In this document: positions 1 through 16,061 of the stretch, one piece after another | Position numbering within the stretch: position 1 is the stretch's first letter | How the letters are laid out: every line of letters starts with the position of its first letter | Assembly: GCA_002104945.1 (NCBI GenBank) | Contig: MCFH01000019.1 | Location: 124,001 to 188,000, forward strand | DNA length: 64,000 nucleotides | Origin: Piromyces finnis finn | Taxonomy: Eukaryota; Fungi; Neocallimastigomycota | Direction of reading: 5' to 3' | The notes under the pieces: generated by a model | Told to the model about the DNA's origin: nothing | Seen by the model: the letters and a program-made list of their open reading frames with translations, nothing else | Databases searched by the model: none | Program-made: the position numbers and the translations under genes

Positions 1-1441
1 GTCGTAAGGTAGGTACAGTACAATTGGTATTGTTCATTTTGAAAGAACTTATTGTGACAACAGATATTAATAAATTGAAGAATTGAATATATTGATATAA
101 ATAAGATAATGAAATAAAATATTTAGTAGAATATAAATAATATTAGTAATGACGGATATATTATATAGCTAGTGGATTATTTGTCAAACAATATTTTAAA
201 TTTAATAACTGGAAAAGTGGCTAAGTTGTTGACAAACTTAGTTCTAACTCTACTGAAGACTTTAAACGGGAAAATAAATTTTGAATATCTATCACTTTGA
301 ATTTCTGTGTTATAACTGTATTTATATTTTGAAAGCTCTTTATATTTATAAGATTTGTATTATTTATTGAATGATTATTGTATTGTGTTGATTCTGATTG
401 TTGAATTTGAACATTCATTTAGACTATTTATGTTGTAAGGTAGAGAGATAATAAGAGTTAAAAGTTGATAAATCAAAATATAATGAAAAAAAGATGAAGA
501 ATTTTGGGTAAACATAATAAATATTTTTTAAAGATAAAATTGAAACAAGCATAGTATTTATAATATAAAAAATAGAATACTCGATTTTCCAGGATAGAAG
601 CTTTGATAACAAAAAAGGTTAAAAAAAAAGGTTAAAAAAAAGGTGTTAATACTTACCATAATAGTCCATAATAAACATACAAATATATAAATATACATAT
701 AATATAAAGTATAAAATATATATATAGAAAAAGAGATAGAAAAAATATACAAAAGAATGTTAGTAGAAAAGAGATTCCTTGGAAAATCTAGAGTTACAAA
801 AAATAAGAAATAAAAAAGATATTACTAGAATCATATAAAATCATAAAAGAAAAATAAAAAAGCCGCGCCCCTCGAAAAAAATAAAAAATAGAAATAGAAA
901 AAATAAAAAGATTAAATATGATTATAGTAATGAAAGACGCACCCCACAACGAAACTCAAGAATAAATGAAAGGAATAACAAACTAACTGAAAAAAAAAAA
1001 ACTATCTGACTAATCAACATATAAAGAGTAGAAAGGAATAAAAGAACAAAGAGAATAAGTAATAAATTGGGATAACAAAATGTCTATGAAAGCTAAAAAT
1101 AATCACTATATTTTTCAAAAATTGCATTATATAATAGAATTACATTTTTAAAAAAAGCAAAAACAAAAGAAATAAACATTTTAACTATTTTAAAATTCTA
1201 GAGTTTTTTTTTTTTTTTTAAAGGTTTTTTTTTTTTTATTACTTTATTTTTTTTTTATATTTAATTGAATCTTAATTTATAAAGTTTGGAAATATTTAAA
1301 TAACAATATACCATACTTTTTTTTTTTTTGATTTATATATATTGTTATTTATTTACATGAATATAAATTTAAACATTATAAATTTTGAAATTATGAAATT
1401 TAACAAGTGTAGTTTCTTTCCTTTTTTTCTTTCTTAATCAG

Positions 1442-1482
<41 letters not shown>

Positions 1483-1867
1483 AATAATGAATATATACTT
1501 TTATTGCATTTTTTTAAATTTTTTTTTTAATTAGAATAATAGATAGTTCTTTTGTATTAATTATTAACATTAATATTTCATTATCTATTTTTGTATTAAT
1601 TATTATTATAGAGTATATATTTACCATTATTATTATTGTTGTAATTGTAATTATTATTGTATATTATATATTTTCTATTATTATTGTTGTAATTGTTATT
1701 TATTAAATAATCATTATTACTAATTTTATAATTATTATAATTATAATTATTCTAATTATAAAAAAGGCATATTGTTTTATGAATTATTATTAATCTTTTT
1801 TATATTTTAAATTTTTTTTTCAAACTTTTTATATTTTTTGTTTATAGTAAATTTTTTTTATGTTTTA

Positions 1868-4800
1868 TTAATTATTACTACTTTTCTTGGAATCAATTGG
1901 ATGATCTAACTTCATATTACCTTCTGAATATGGTGGAGGACAAGATTGTGGATTATTCACGAGATTTGTATTTACCATATTAATATTTGGCATATTAGCA
2001 TTTTGATAATTTGAAATTAATGATGTATTCATATTTTGGAATCCTTGAGGAGCAAAGTTTAAATTATTCATTAATTGGAAATTTTGAGATAAATTAACTG
2101 GACTATTTAGAGTTTGGAAATTTTGAGATAAACTAGCTGGATTGTTCATAGCTTGGAAATTTTGAGATAAATTAATTGAATTATTTATTCCTTGGAAACT
2201 TTGGGAACCTAAGGATGGTGAATACATGCTTTGTACATCTTGAATTGTACTCATTGAAGTATTTAAGTTTTGGAAACTTTGAGATGGATTGGAAGGACTA
2301 TTGTCGACGACGGATTCTTCATCATTCTTACCATCTTCAGAATTATTTAATTCAGTTTTACCAGAGGAAAAATCAATCTCTTGCTCTTTATCTTTTTTTT
2401 CTTTCTTACTTTTAAATATACACTTTTTGATAAAGATATATATAATTCTTAACAAAATAATGGCACCAATAAATATTAAAACACCTATAATTATTTTCTT
2501 GATTAAATTGTAATTTTTATTAACATAAGTATATACAGAATAATCAATATCATGGATAGTTTTAATTTCATAATCAGAACATTCTTTAGTGAAAGTTGAA
2601 GAATAGCCAAAAACAAAACTACATGTATTTTGTTGATAGCATTGTGGTATAGTATTTTCAAAATTACAAACATTAATTTCACTTCCAAATGTAACAATAG
2701 GAGAATTAAGATTTTGTAAATCTGCAAGGTTTCTATTGATGATTTGCGTGAAAATAATTAAATTAGTTTTATTTACAAATTAATAAAATTTGAAAAATAA
2801 AATAGTATTATTACTTATATGATAATATATTAAATTATAATAACTATTTATCTATCTAAAATACAGCATAATATATTATAATACTTACAAATATTTTAAA
2901 TTAGATAAAGCATACATATTCTTTGGTAATGAACTTATCGAAGTACCGCTGAGATCCCTAGAGAAATATTTAATTATATATTATTTTTCACAAAATCATT
3001 ATATTAATAGACTATTTTTAATATATTGTTTTTCTTTTTAATTATTTAAAAGATTTACTTACAAATTTTCTAGGGTGTTTAATGTATAAATATTCTCAGG
3101 AATATTTTTTATATTTTTATTTGAACCAAGTGTACTATATTTAATTCAATAAAATTTTTACAATTTTATATGATCGATTAATATTATGTTTTGATTTTTT
3201 AGTTTAACTATATATGAATTTTATTAAGAAAACTTTTAATTACAGAGATTTTAATTTCACTTCAGCATCAATAAAAGTTTTAATAATATTATCATTAAAA
3301 TTATTATTTCTTCCTTCACTTTAAATATAGATGAAAATTAATATTACAATATATATTTTTATTTATAATACAATAAAATGATTTAATATTTTAATATATA
3401 AAATTAATAATTAAATAATAATAATAATAATTACAAGCTTTTTAAATTTTTAGAACCACTTAAAGATATTGATGAAACTAAATTATTATTTAAATTACTG
3501 TAATATTATATATATACGAAAAAGGTTTGAAAATTAATACTTTATATATTTACAATTTTAATTTTATATGAAATTAGTTCAATATTACATACATATTTTT
3601 TAAGGATTCTGGAATAACTAAATTTCCATTAATGCTGTTTCCTCCGATTATTCTATTGATATTTTAAATTATATTATGAAAAAAAAAATTAAAAAACCAT
3701 TACTCTCTAAATATATAAAAAAAAAAAAGTATTATCAATATGAATTACTTACAAAGTTTCAATGCTCTTAAAATCTTTAATTTCATTTGTTATTTCACAA
3801 TTAATATTATTACGTGAAATATCTCTTTTAATTTTTAAGAATAAAATATATTAATAAAATATAGTAAAATATTATATTAGTATACATTTTAATTCATTTT
3901 CTTAAAGAATATATTAATAATGTGAAATAATATTAATATTACAATTCAACGAGTTTCTTTAAATTCTTTAATTGATATGGAAATGCAATAAGTTCATTAT
4001 TGTTTAAGTTTCTATTAAAATTTTAAAAAATTATTTTAAAGTATTGTTATTATATTATTATTCATTACAGCATTTTTAATTTTTTTTCTTTTATTAATAT
4101 AGTAAAATTACATTTTAGCAATTTTATTATTTGAACTTAGGTTATTTGGAATAGTGGTAATATTTGCTTTAGAAATTTCTCTATTGATAAATATGCAAAC
4201 AATTAATGTATCGATTTATTAGTTTTCATATTAATTTTTCAAATATATTATAAAAAAATGCCAGTGTTTTTAAAAAGTATATATATATATATTAATTAGG
4301 AAAAAAAATATTTTTTTTATAAAAGTTTTGATATAATGATACTTACAAGATTTCTAAATTTGGTAATTCGAAGAAACGTTCAGGTAAAGACTTATTGAAA
4401 ATAGAGATAAATTTATCTGAACGACTGGTGAATGTTCTAATTGTATTAAATTTAATAAAATATAATTGATATGTATTTATAATATTAATATATTATTACA
4501 GCAGTTGTTATTATTAAAATCATAAATTTTATATTATATGAAAGTCATTACAAATGCTTTAGTTTTTCTAAAATTGGAAAATCAGAAAATGAAATTGATG
4601 TCATGGTGTTTGATATTACATTGTCATCAAGATATCTATTAATTTAAATTAATAATTATTAAATATAATTTTCCAAATATAAAATATATTTTATTAAAAA
4701 AAAAAAAATATTAGTTTAGTTTAATTTCAATATAGTTAGTTTTTATTACTTACATTGATTCGATGCTATCGCTATCATCTTTACATAAAATGTAATGACT

Positions 4801-4929
4801 TTTGCCACAACATTCAACACCATTAATTCCATTTTTTTTTAAAAAACCATTTATATTATCACAATCAGAATTACAAAATACCGATAAACTATTTATCAAG
4901 AATAAACCCAGAGTAATATATTTCTTCAT
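1868..4929 (-). CDS. Multi-exon LRR receptor-like membrane protein (signal peptide, LRR exons, Cys cap, one TM helix, Q/N-rich cytoplasmic tail)
   Basis: Manual splicing. ATG at 4929 gives MKKYITLGLFLINSLSVFCNSDC...VECCGK. About 11 short GT-AG-bounded exons follow, each encoding roughly one LRR (e.g. NLNNNELIAFPYQLKNLKKLVEL, DISRNNINCEITNEIKDFKSIETL, TLGSNKNIKNIPENIYTLNTLENL). The last exon (2732-1868) encodes VCNFENTIPQCY, the TM segment IIIGVLIFIGAIILLRIIYIFI and the tail of track ORF 1868..2455. Confidence 0.85.
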
Positions 4930-7613
4930 TATTTATTTTTTTTTATCTTATTAAGATTCAATTTTAATTAATTAATTATTTCTATTATTATTTTTATTAT
5001 TTTTTTTTTTTTTAAAAGTAAAAGTGGTTCATCCTTCTTTTATTTTTATAATTCCTTATCCGAAGTAATTCTTTGGACATTTTATTTTAAAATCTTTGAC
5101 ATTTTCATCTATATTAATAATATTTATAATAATTAAAGTTTAGATCTTTTTTTACACTTAAAAAAGATAAAATCTAATAAATATCAATAAATTGAAATCT
5201 ATTATATATTAATATATATTGAAATTTAATTTCATTTTTCTGTATAATATATTAATAATGTATTTATTTCATGCATTGTAACATAATAAATATATTTTAC
5301 ATGCAACAATGCATTGTATATAATGTGTACATTATTGTATACATTATAATATGCTAATTTATTTAACCTTTTCTAAAGCATTTTTTATACAATCAAAAAA
5401 GGATTTATGAATACTTTTGAGATGCTTTAAATAAAAAGTATATCAACCGAATTAATTGAACTTTTTTTTTGAAAAGTAATAATTAAAGTTTAATTTAAAA
5501 TTCTTTGGAGATGAAAACCTTTAAAAGTTTTAATTATTAAATATTTATATAATTTATAATAACTAAATAAGATTTTGAATCTTCAAATTTATTTCATTTA
5601 AATATTTCTAAATTATCAAAATAAAAATATTTAAAAAAAATTAAAATACTTTTAAAGAAATACAACAAAATTAGAATAAAGCCAATGCATTTAGATAGTT
5701 GAATATATTAATATAACAAATAAAAACAACAAAAAAAAATAAAATAAAAATATTATATTAATATGCTTTATTCAAATATTTTATATTGATTTCATAAAAG
5801 GTTTTATAGTAATTCTATATCCATCTATATATTTTTTTAATTCAAAAACTTGTCATACTAAAAAAGTTTTGTTGTTTTAGTTTAATAATTAAAAAAAAAA
5901 ACTCATAGAAAATCATTTATATATAATTTAAATTACTATAGAAGAAAAAAAAAGTTTATAATTATGCATAATAGAAATAGATTAAAATTTAACTATTTTT
6001 TTACAAACATCGATGATGTTAACTACTTAATAATAAATAATATGCAATAATAAAAGTTAATTTCATAATAAGAATCTATTAATTTTTATAAAATGAACTG
6101 CATAGAAAAGGTTTTTATAGTTTTTTTTTTTTTTTTTTTCACTCAATACCTAATGCATTTTTTTTTTAATATATATAAAATATATAAAATTAGAAATTAA
6201 TTAATTTTTATTTTAATTAAAAAAATAAAATTGTTTTTTTTGTTATTCATTTATTGAGATAAATAGTAAACTTTAATCACTTTTTTTTTTTCATTTTAAA
6301 ATATAAACTATTACAAAAAAAAAAGAAAAAATAGAATGAATAGTTTTTTATTTACTGTTTGAATTATTCTCCTTATTATATAGATGATATAAATTAAATA
6401 TTTCAAAGGAAAAATAATCAGGAATTATAAAATTATTGATAAAGGTTAATCTCATTATATCATTAAAAATAGTAATATTTAATTTTATTATTGATATTTA
6501 GGAAAAAACTAGTGTATTTCATATAAGTTAATGATATATTTTTTAAAAGTTACAAAATGAATTATTAATGTAGAATTAAAGTAACATTAACAACTTTTTT
6601 TAAAATGTCATATTTTTTTTTTTATTTATTTCCTATATCCTTTTAAATTTAAGGTTACACAAAGTATCAAAAATACAGATTTTAAAAAAAAGAAAGAAAA
6701 AAGTGAAAAAGGTTCATTTCATAATTAAAACTTTTACTACTTGAAAAAGTTTTTAATATTTTATTCCTAAATATCATTTATGCGTTAATTATGTATAAAT
6801 AAAATTTTTTATTTAAAAGTACTATTTTACCATTATATAAGACTTCTCTTCTATTGTAATTTGTAACACTTGATTTGTTATTAACAACTTTTTTATTTAC
6901 CTAATAATTAATTTTAGTATAAAAAAATGTTGTCAATAACAATTTATTATTCTTATTTTTTTGCATAGAGTTGGTACTTTTTTTTTAAGAATTATAATGT
7001 CTTTTTTTTTTATTATTAAAAAGAATAATTAGTAATGCTTTTAATATATAATCCATTTAAAAAAAAAAAAAAGTAAACCAAAGTCTACAGTAAAAAAATA
7101 ACCATATTAATATCATTTATAAATTTTTTGAAATTGAATTTAATAATTTTTTTTATTTCTTTCTTCATCCTTTCAAATTTAATGTTTATAATCCTTTTTT
7201 GAAAAAAAAAAAGTAGTTTTTCATCTATTCAAAATGAAAGCTCTTTTTTTTTTTTTTTTTTGAAAATGTGACATGTGGAGAATTTATTAAATTATTAATT
7301 TTTATTCATTTATTTATTTTATTATAAATTTATCTATTTTAATATAGTATTCATTTAATTAAAAATTGGCTTGTGAAATTTTTTTAATTAAATACTAAAT
7401 TTCCATAGATAGAAATTTATCCTAATAAATCATTAGAATAATAACTTTATTTATAATAATTAAATTAAAATCAAAAATAATATTTTATTAAATAATAAAC
7501 TCATATTTACATTATTAATAGATAATAATATATTATGAATAATATTGATAATATATTATTAATAATAATAACACTACTACAATTACATAATAGTAATAAT
7601 AACAATAAATAAT

Positions 7614-7993
<380 letters not shown>

Positions 7994-10258
7994 GTGGTAG
8001 GCAGTAGTATTAATTTATTTTTTTTAAATTTTAAGCCAGAAAATTCACCAGAACAAAAAAATAGTTGTGCCTATCAAAATTGGTATTTATCATCTTTTTT
8101 TTTTCTTGACAGATTACTCTTTCATACTTCTTTTATAGAAAAAAGCTCGTTTTTATCAATTTCTATGCATTTAAAATGTTTTTATTTTTTATATAATTTA
8201 AATGGATATAATCCCATTTAATGAATGTATAAATAGAATCATAATATATTAATTCAATATCTTATCTATTGTCAACTTATTTATAATAATTTAATATATT
8301 ATTATAATATATTGCATATTGCATCAAACTTTCTAAAGTCAAAATACTTTATGCAGTAGCAAAAAAACTTTTTGAAAGTTGAGAATTCTCAAAGATTACC
8401 ATGAATGAACAAATATTTAAATAGATAAATTCTTTTTTCTTATATGAAAACACCATTTTTTTATTTTTCTTTTTTACTTTTTTGCTTTTTATCTTTTGCC
8501 AATTTTATTTTTATATTTTTAAAAATCTTGTGAAAATTTTAAAATTTAATTATTAATTATTTATTTTTTTATTTTTCATTCATTTACTAATTTATTAATA
8601 GGTTTATTTAAATTCTATTTATTCGTTCATTAATATAAATTTAAAATTTTAATTAATATTTTTTCATATATTAAAAATGTCAAATAGAAAATTAAAAAAT
8701 AATAAAAAATTAATTAAAGTCTATTTTAAAAAAAATAAAAAAAAAACTTTTTTTTTCCCTTTTCATTACTATTCAATAAAAGTAATTCATAGAAAAAATA
8801 CAATAAAAAAAAAGAAATTTGTTGAATACTTGAAAGAATCTTTTTTTTTTACATATAAAATATTATTATTTACATTGTTTATAATATATATTAATAGACC
8901 ATTTCCACTTTATAGAATACTATTCAACAAAAAAACTTTTTTCATTATCATTATTATTACTATTTATTTTTAATATCAACGAAACAAACTAAAGAAAGAG
9001 TCAGTTCTTTGCAGCCTAAAGCTTCATAATTTAAGAAAAGACTTTTTTTATATTACAAGGAAATACTATTATCCAAGGTATATATGTGATATATATATAT
9101 TTTTTAACTATTATATTCATTAACAACAATATATATAGTCAACAGTCAACATAGAAAACATAATATACATAGTATACATAGTATAAATATTAGGAATATT
9201 TTATATATTTTAGTATTAAAGATTAATTTTACAATTAATGATAACACCTTTTTAAACAATAAAATGATGGTTTGCTGGTTGACTTGAAACAAAAACAATT
9301 GTCTATATTTATTAAACTATTTTTGTAAAATTATATATATAAAGGAATAATAACAATAGAAAATACAGTTGAATAAAGTCATTATAAAAATAAAAGAACA
9401 ATAATATTTAAAGATAAATAAAAAAAAGGCACATTAAACCTACTTTTTTTTTTTTAAAAAAAAAAAGTTCAAAGTGAACATAAAAAATTTTTTTAATAAA
9501 AAGTTTAAAAAAAATTTTATTAAAAAAAATTATTTAAAAAAATATTTTTTTATTTTTATTTCATTAAACTATAAAAATCCTTTTTCAATCTACAAAAATA
9601 AAAAAAAAAAAATAAATACATATTATAATATCTTTCCCCCTTCCCATTATTAAAAAATAAACAAAAGAACAGAAATAAAACTTGACAATAAATTCAATTT
9701 ACTTGGTACTAGATTTAATTTATAATTATTTTAATGCTTTTGATATAATAAATATTTATCATTTGAAAAGAAATAACGAAATTATAATATTTATAATAAT
9801 AATAATAACACTATTACTAACAACAATAATAGTAATAGTAATAATAGTAATAGTAATAATAATAATATTAATAATAGTAATAATAATAATAATAGTAGAA
9901 GTAGTAGTAGTATTAATTTATATTTTTAAATCATATAATTTATAAACAATTAAATCAAAAAAATAAAATAATAATACTAATATTTATAAATTATTAATTG
10001 TTTATTTATTTTTTAAATATTCTATATATTTATAGCAATAAAAAAAAAAGATTTAATTTAAGCAATATAAACACCAGATAATAATAACTGGATAAAAAAT
10101 AAAAAAAAAAAAAAAAAGAAAAGAATATATACAATAATAAAAAAACAAATAAAATTTATATTTTTAGAAATTAATTATATTTTATAAAAAAAAATATACA
10201 ACCAAATTACCTTTAATAAACAATCCAAATAATATATATATATTAAGAATAATAAAAA

Positions 10259-11522
10259 ATGGTTGAATCTCATCGTTCTAGTTTCGGTTTTCGTTTAGCT
10301 GTCTTTAATCAAGCTTTCAAGGAACAAGTCAATGCTCAATTTGGTTTCTTCCAACCAGTAAAAACTGTCGACCCAAAAGTTGAAGAAGCTGTTGGTCAAC
10401 TTTCCAAATTAAAAAGATATATTAAACAATCTGAAGAAAGCGTTAGAAAAATGATTTCTGGAATGAGACAAACTATGGATGCTCAAAAACAATTTGCTGT
10501 TGTTTCAAAAGATGCTAAAATAAAAAGAGGTATTTACATCAGAATTTAAATATTTATTGAAAATTTATTATTATTTAAAATTTTAAAAATAAATCAACTA
10601 GTTATTGGGAAAATGTATTATACAACCAACAAATTATAGAAAGGATAAAAAGGAATATTATATAATTACAGTAATGTTATTGTAAACAACAACAACAGTA
10701 ATAATAGTAATAATGATGATAATAATAATGATAATAGTAACAATAAAAACTAATAAAAATAGTAATAATACAATAATAATAATAATAATAATAATAATTA
10801 AAAGAAAACAGGATATTTTGATAATATTCGAAATTATGTTATAATATTATTGATAAAGTTTTATTAGTAAAATATTCCTTTTTAAAATAAATATTTTCAC
10901 CAAATTCTATCTTTTTTCGATTTTTTTTAGTTGACATTATTCTTTTTTCTTTTATAATACTTTTTATTAACATATTATATTTATTCTAATTTTATCTATA
11001 ATTTTAGATGATACCAATTTAAAGAAAAGATTAAGTTTAGTTAGTGATGCCTTAAGTTCCAACTCAAAAGATATTGAATGTTTATATTTACCAGCTATGG
11101 AAAATTTCCACGATTGGTTAAACACTTTCTTAGATAAAGCTATTGGTGATGCTGAAGATTCAGTTAATAACTATAATAATATTCGTACTGAAATGGACAC
11201 TATAAATCAAATTATAAGTCAAACAAAAGAAAGAATAGCAGAAGAAATTGCTGGAAGTCAAGAACAAAGACGTCTTTCTTTATTATTAAAGGAACACGAA
11301 CAAACCTATAAAATTAAAAAGGCTAAATATGATATGTTAGTTGAACAAGTTATTCAAAAGGTTGAATTATTAGAAACTAAACGTAAGGCTGATATGCCAA
11401 ACTATATCCAATCTATGTATGATTCCATGCGTGTCTTTTATAATCAATCATTAAAACATTTTTCTGAAAGTTCCAGCACTACTGAATTAACTATACCAAC
11501 TCCAAGCACTGTTTCTCAATAA
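10259..11522 (+). CDS. Two-exon alpha-helical protein, probably BAR/arfaptin-like (about 261 aa)
   Basis: Exon 1 is 10259-10529 (GT at 10530) and exon 2 is 11008-11522 (AG at 11006-7). They join in frame (KR-D-DTNLKKRL...MENF). The long amphipathic helices and size resemble BAR/AH domains. The domain call is from pattern recognition only. Confidence 0.65.
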
Positions 11523-14507
11523 TTTAATTCTATTCTTTAATTTTTAAAAGTTCATTTTTTTTACAATAATTAATAATAGCCAAAATATATATATAAATAT
11601 TCTTTTTTTCTTTAATTACAAAGAAAAAAAAACAAAGTCAAGTATAATTTAGTTCCGTCCTTTAAAAAACCAAAAAAAAAAATATTGTTTTACATGCACA
11701 ACTTTTTCTTTCTTTTTCTTTCTTTTTTTTTTTTTTTTCTTTACACATAAGGAATTTTTAAACGTAATTCAAAAAAAAAAAAATTATAATTCTTAATTTT
11801 ATATTTTTATTACTACAAGTTATAATATGACATTAAAAATATTTCAACATAATCAGTGATATTAATGACAATTACAATCAAAGATCTTTCAATTATAATA
11901 GCTAACATTATTAAAAAGAAAGAGAGAGAGAGAAAAGGGAAAAAAAAAAAAGATATAATAAAAGCAAATATATTACAAAAAAAAAAAAAACAGCAATTTA
12001 ATGAAAGAAAAATATACATTTAAAAAAAATATATAATAATATGTATTTATAAAATCAATAATATTTTTTTTATATATATATAAACCCCAAATTGATTATA
12101 AAATAATTTTTAATCAGTACAAAAAAAAAAAAAAGCACATATTTTTTTATATATATTTTTTATTTTTAAAAGGTATTTATAAATATTATTTAAAATACGT
12201 ATTAATAAATAAAAATAAAATAAAAAATAACATTATATAAAATATAAAATACATTAGTCTTTTGCATATGTATAATATATAATATATATTATATATATAT
12301 ATATTTTCTTGTTTATATTAAATAGTTAATATTTAAATAAAATTATAAATAGCATTAGAAAAGGAAAAATATAATATGATTATTATTATTATGATAGTGA
12401 TAAATCTAAAATAATATAAAATTTAAATATTTATTTGTGGTAAAGTTAGTTTTTAGATAAATATGATAGATCTTGTAATTATTATTATTATTATTGTTGT
12501 TGTTGTTGTTGTTGTTGTTAGTATTAGTATTAGTATTATTAGTATTATTAATATTTAGTATAGATGATTTTGATATTAATAAACTGGAAATATTTTATAT
12601 TTATTACTTGAAACTGCCTATAAATGCTAAGTAATAAGTAAACTAATTTTTACTTAATAAATATTAATAAATAAAAATTAATATTAATATATATTTTCAA
12701 GTTTTGCTTAATTTAGTATTTAAATTATTTTTATTGGGTCAATATTAAAATAATAATAATGCTTTTAATTTTTCTTTAAATATTAATTTCATTGAAAAGA
12801 ATGTAATAAATAATAAATAAATATCATTTCATTTATTATTAAAGATTATTAAATTTAAAATGTATATTAATAAAGCTTTATTTAGCGTGTTTTTTTTTTA
12901 TCTATAATTAAAAATTATTCTTTAATTTTTCTATAATAGAATAAATAAATGATATTTATATAATTAGAAAAAAAAAATCTATATAAATTAAAATTATTTC
13001 TTTTTCTTTTTCATCTTTCTTTTTTATTATAATTATTATTATTACATTTATTTATTATTTTTTTTAAATTAATTCATTTTCTCCCTGATTTATTAGGTTT
13101 TTATATTGTTATCTACTTTTATAAATATTTATAATTGTTTTTTTAATTTCATATTACTTTTTTTTTTTTCACTTGGTCTTAAATCAATGAAAGGTAGAAA
13201 TATGAATTTTATCCTATCATTTATTGCTACTAGTAAAGTTTCTAATATCTTTTTTATATATGATTATGACTTATAAATAACTGTAAATGTTTTCAATAAT
13301 TTCTATATTTTATTAAAAATAAAATGGTAATATTAAATGATAGTTATTATAACTTAAAATATTTTTATATACAATAATATACAATAATTAATTAATATAT
13401 AAAAATTTTAATGAATATTGTTCATTAAAATAATGAAAAATATTTTAAATAATATTAATGTTTTTTTTAATTCTAATTAATAATTTATTCAATTTTCCCA
13501 TTGGGTTTTGTGATATTTTTAAAAGTTTCATTATTACTTTTGACAACATTTTTATGAATTAAATATTAAAATTTTCCCATTGAATAATTATTATAAAGAT
13601 TGGATGATGATGGTTTAATTATGTACATAATATAATATATAAATTGTACTTTATAATTTTCTTTTTTTATTATACCTTTAAATTCTTTTATTAAATAATA
13701 ATACTTTTTTTGATTGTTTTTTAAATAAAAAAAAATATTTATAAAAAATGCCATTTTTTATTTATATAAATAAAATACTTTTTTATATTTTCTTTTGTTT
13801 CCCTTTATATAAATTAATTCACCGTTAATATTAATAAGATTTTATTAAAAAATAGTTTGTAAAATTATTTTTTAATATTAATGTCTTTTTAATTCAAATA
13901 TTTTATAATAAATAAGATTTATATAAATAGAAAACATAAACTTTAATACTATTATAGTGGAAATAATAATGCCAAGTGTAACAATTAAATATTTTATATT
14001 TTCCGTATTTAATTTATTTTTGAACTTTGTATTTGAAAATTTTAATTAAAAAAATATATTTTATATATTAATTTTGATATATACAAATTTTGTGTCTTAT
14101 TTTTCATTGGTTCTTTATTGTGTAAATTTATTTATAAAACTAAAAATAATATAAAATAATAAAATTTTTTATTATATTTTACTTAATAATAATGTATATA
14201 GATATAAAGAAACAATAACTTTTATATTATTTATTTAAATTATTTTAATATTATTATATTATTTATTTAAATTATTTTAATATTAAACTCATTATTATTT
14301 AATATAAAAAAAGAAACTAAAATGAATGCATTCGGATTTTATTCATATCTATAATAGCAAAATTTTTTTCGTATATAAAAAGGAAAATTTTTATCTTTTT
14401 TTTTTTTATAATTTATTTATCTTTTGTAACATTAAAACTATTAGTATTATTTTATCCCTAAAAAACAAACAAATTTATAATATTTAGATTTCTACTTTAT
14501 CATAAAA

Positions 14508-15575
14508 ATGAAACTTATTAATATTATTGGTATGATGAGTTGTATCACATTAGCATATTCTGCAGATTGTAGTAATGCCTATGGACAATGTGGAGGGTAA
14601 AATAAATAATTAATTAATTTTTTTTATTTAAAAACAAAATCAAAAAAAAAAAAAAAAAAAAAATAATAATTTAAATATAATTTTTTTTAAAAATTTTAAT
14701 AATTTAGTGCTAATTTTAATGGTTCAACTTGCTGTCCTTCTGGATTTACTTGTCAATATGTAAATAATTGGTATTCTCAATGTGTTCCTGGTAGTTCTAC
14801 CAGCAACCCAATCATTAAAACAACAACAACAAAAACAACAAAAATTCAAGCACCTACATCATTTTCTACTTCTAATCAAACCTTTTTCCCAACAGCTCAA
14901 AAGAAAGTTGTTTTAAATAGTCCTATACTTGTAAAGGCTGGTCAAGTATATGATGGTCTTGTTGTTAATGGTGTTTGGACAAGTTATGGAAGAGGGGTCA
15001 CAGGTCAAGGGGATTGCAAAAATGTTGAAGGTGGCTCACAAGATGCTGTTTTTAGATTAGAATCTGGAGCCACTCTTAAAAATGTTATTCTTGGTGCCGA
15101 TTCAATTGAACATGTTCATTGTATTGGCGATGGCTGTACCGTTGAAAATGTTTGGTGGGATGATGTTTGTGAAGATGCTTTATCCTTATTAGGTTCTAAA
15201 AATACTAATGCTAAATTCTATTTAATTGGTGGTGGAGCTAAAGATGGATCTGATAAAATTGTTCAACATAATTCAGCAGGTTCTGTTTATATTAAAGGAT
15301 TTACTGTTAGTAATTCTGGAAAATTATATAGATCTTGTGGTAATTGTAAAAATGGATATCAAGGTCAAAGACATGTTTATATTGAAAATGTTAATGCTAA
15401 TAGCGTTGGTGTATTAGCTGGTATTAATACAAATTATGGAGATACAGCTACTTTTACTAATGTTAATGCAAATGGAGGTAATGTTTGTTATACCTATACT
15501 GGTAATAATAATGGTAAAGAACCATCCAAAACTGGAAGTCAATGTAAAGGACAAAGTAACTGTACATGTAAATAA
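14508..15575 (+). CDS. Secreted pectate lyase family PL3 with N-terminal CBM1 (318 aa, one intron at 14597-14707)
   Basis: Signal peptide; CBM1 CSNAYGQCGG|ANFNGSTCCPSGFTCQYVNNWYSQC; Thr-rich linker; PL3 motifs ATLKNVILG, VHC, ENVWWDDVCEDA, DKIVQHN and GKLYRSCGNC. Splice phase and stop were checked. Confidence 0.95.
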
Positions 15576-16061
15576 AAAAAAAGGGATCATAGTAAAATGA
15601 AAATATACATATATGTATAGGTATATATTAAATAATATTTTTTAATATTTTTTCTAATTTTATTATAATTTATAAAAAATTGAAAAAATGAAAACTTTAT
15701 TTTTTGTAATATAATTGAAATTAAAAAAAAAATAATAATGATAATAAAAAAAAAATCTTATTTTTATTTAACTGATTAATAATGAAATAACATGTAATTA
15801 AATAAAAAACAAATAAAAATAGTAATATTATATAAAAATCAAAGTTAGAAAAAAAATTATAAACTTTAATATATATATATTATCAATTATGATAAATCAT
15901 TAAAAACTTATTCCAATATAAAATCGATAATTAATCATAAATATTTTAATAACGATTTCAAAAAAAAAAAAAAAAATTAAAATTCTATTGTAATTAGTTA
16001 AACACAATATAGTTCAATATCAATTGTTATTTTTTTTATAAAATATTATTTTATATTAAGT

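Noticed and set aside
221-752. Short ORFs at the window start
   Set aside because: No recognisable motif or consistent splice pattern; low complexity.
7991-9945. ORFs 7991..8221, 8677..8973 and 9682..9945
   Set aside because: They derive from microsatellite and homopolymer-rich DNA; possible decayed coding sequence near 8.0-8.5 kb could not be assigned.
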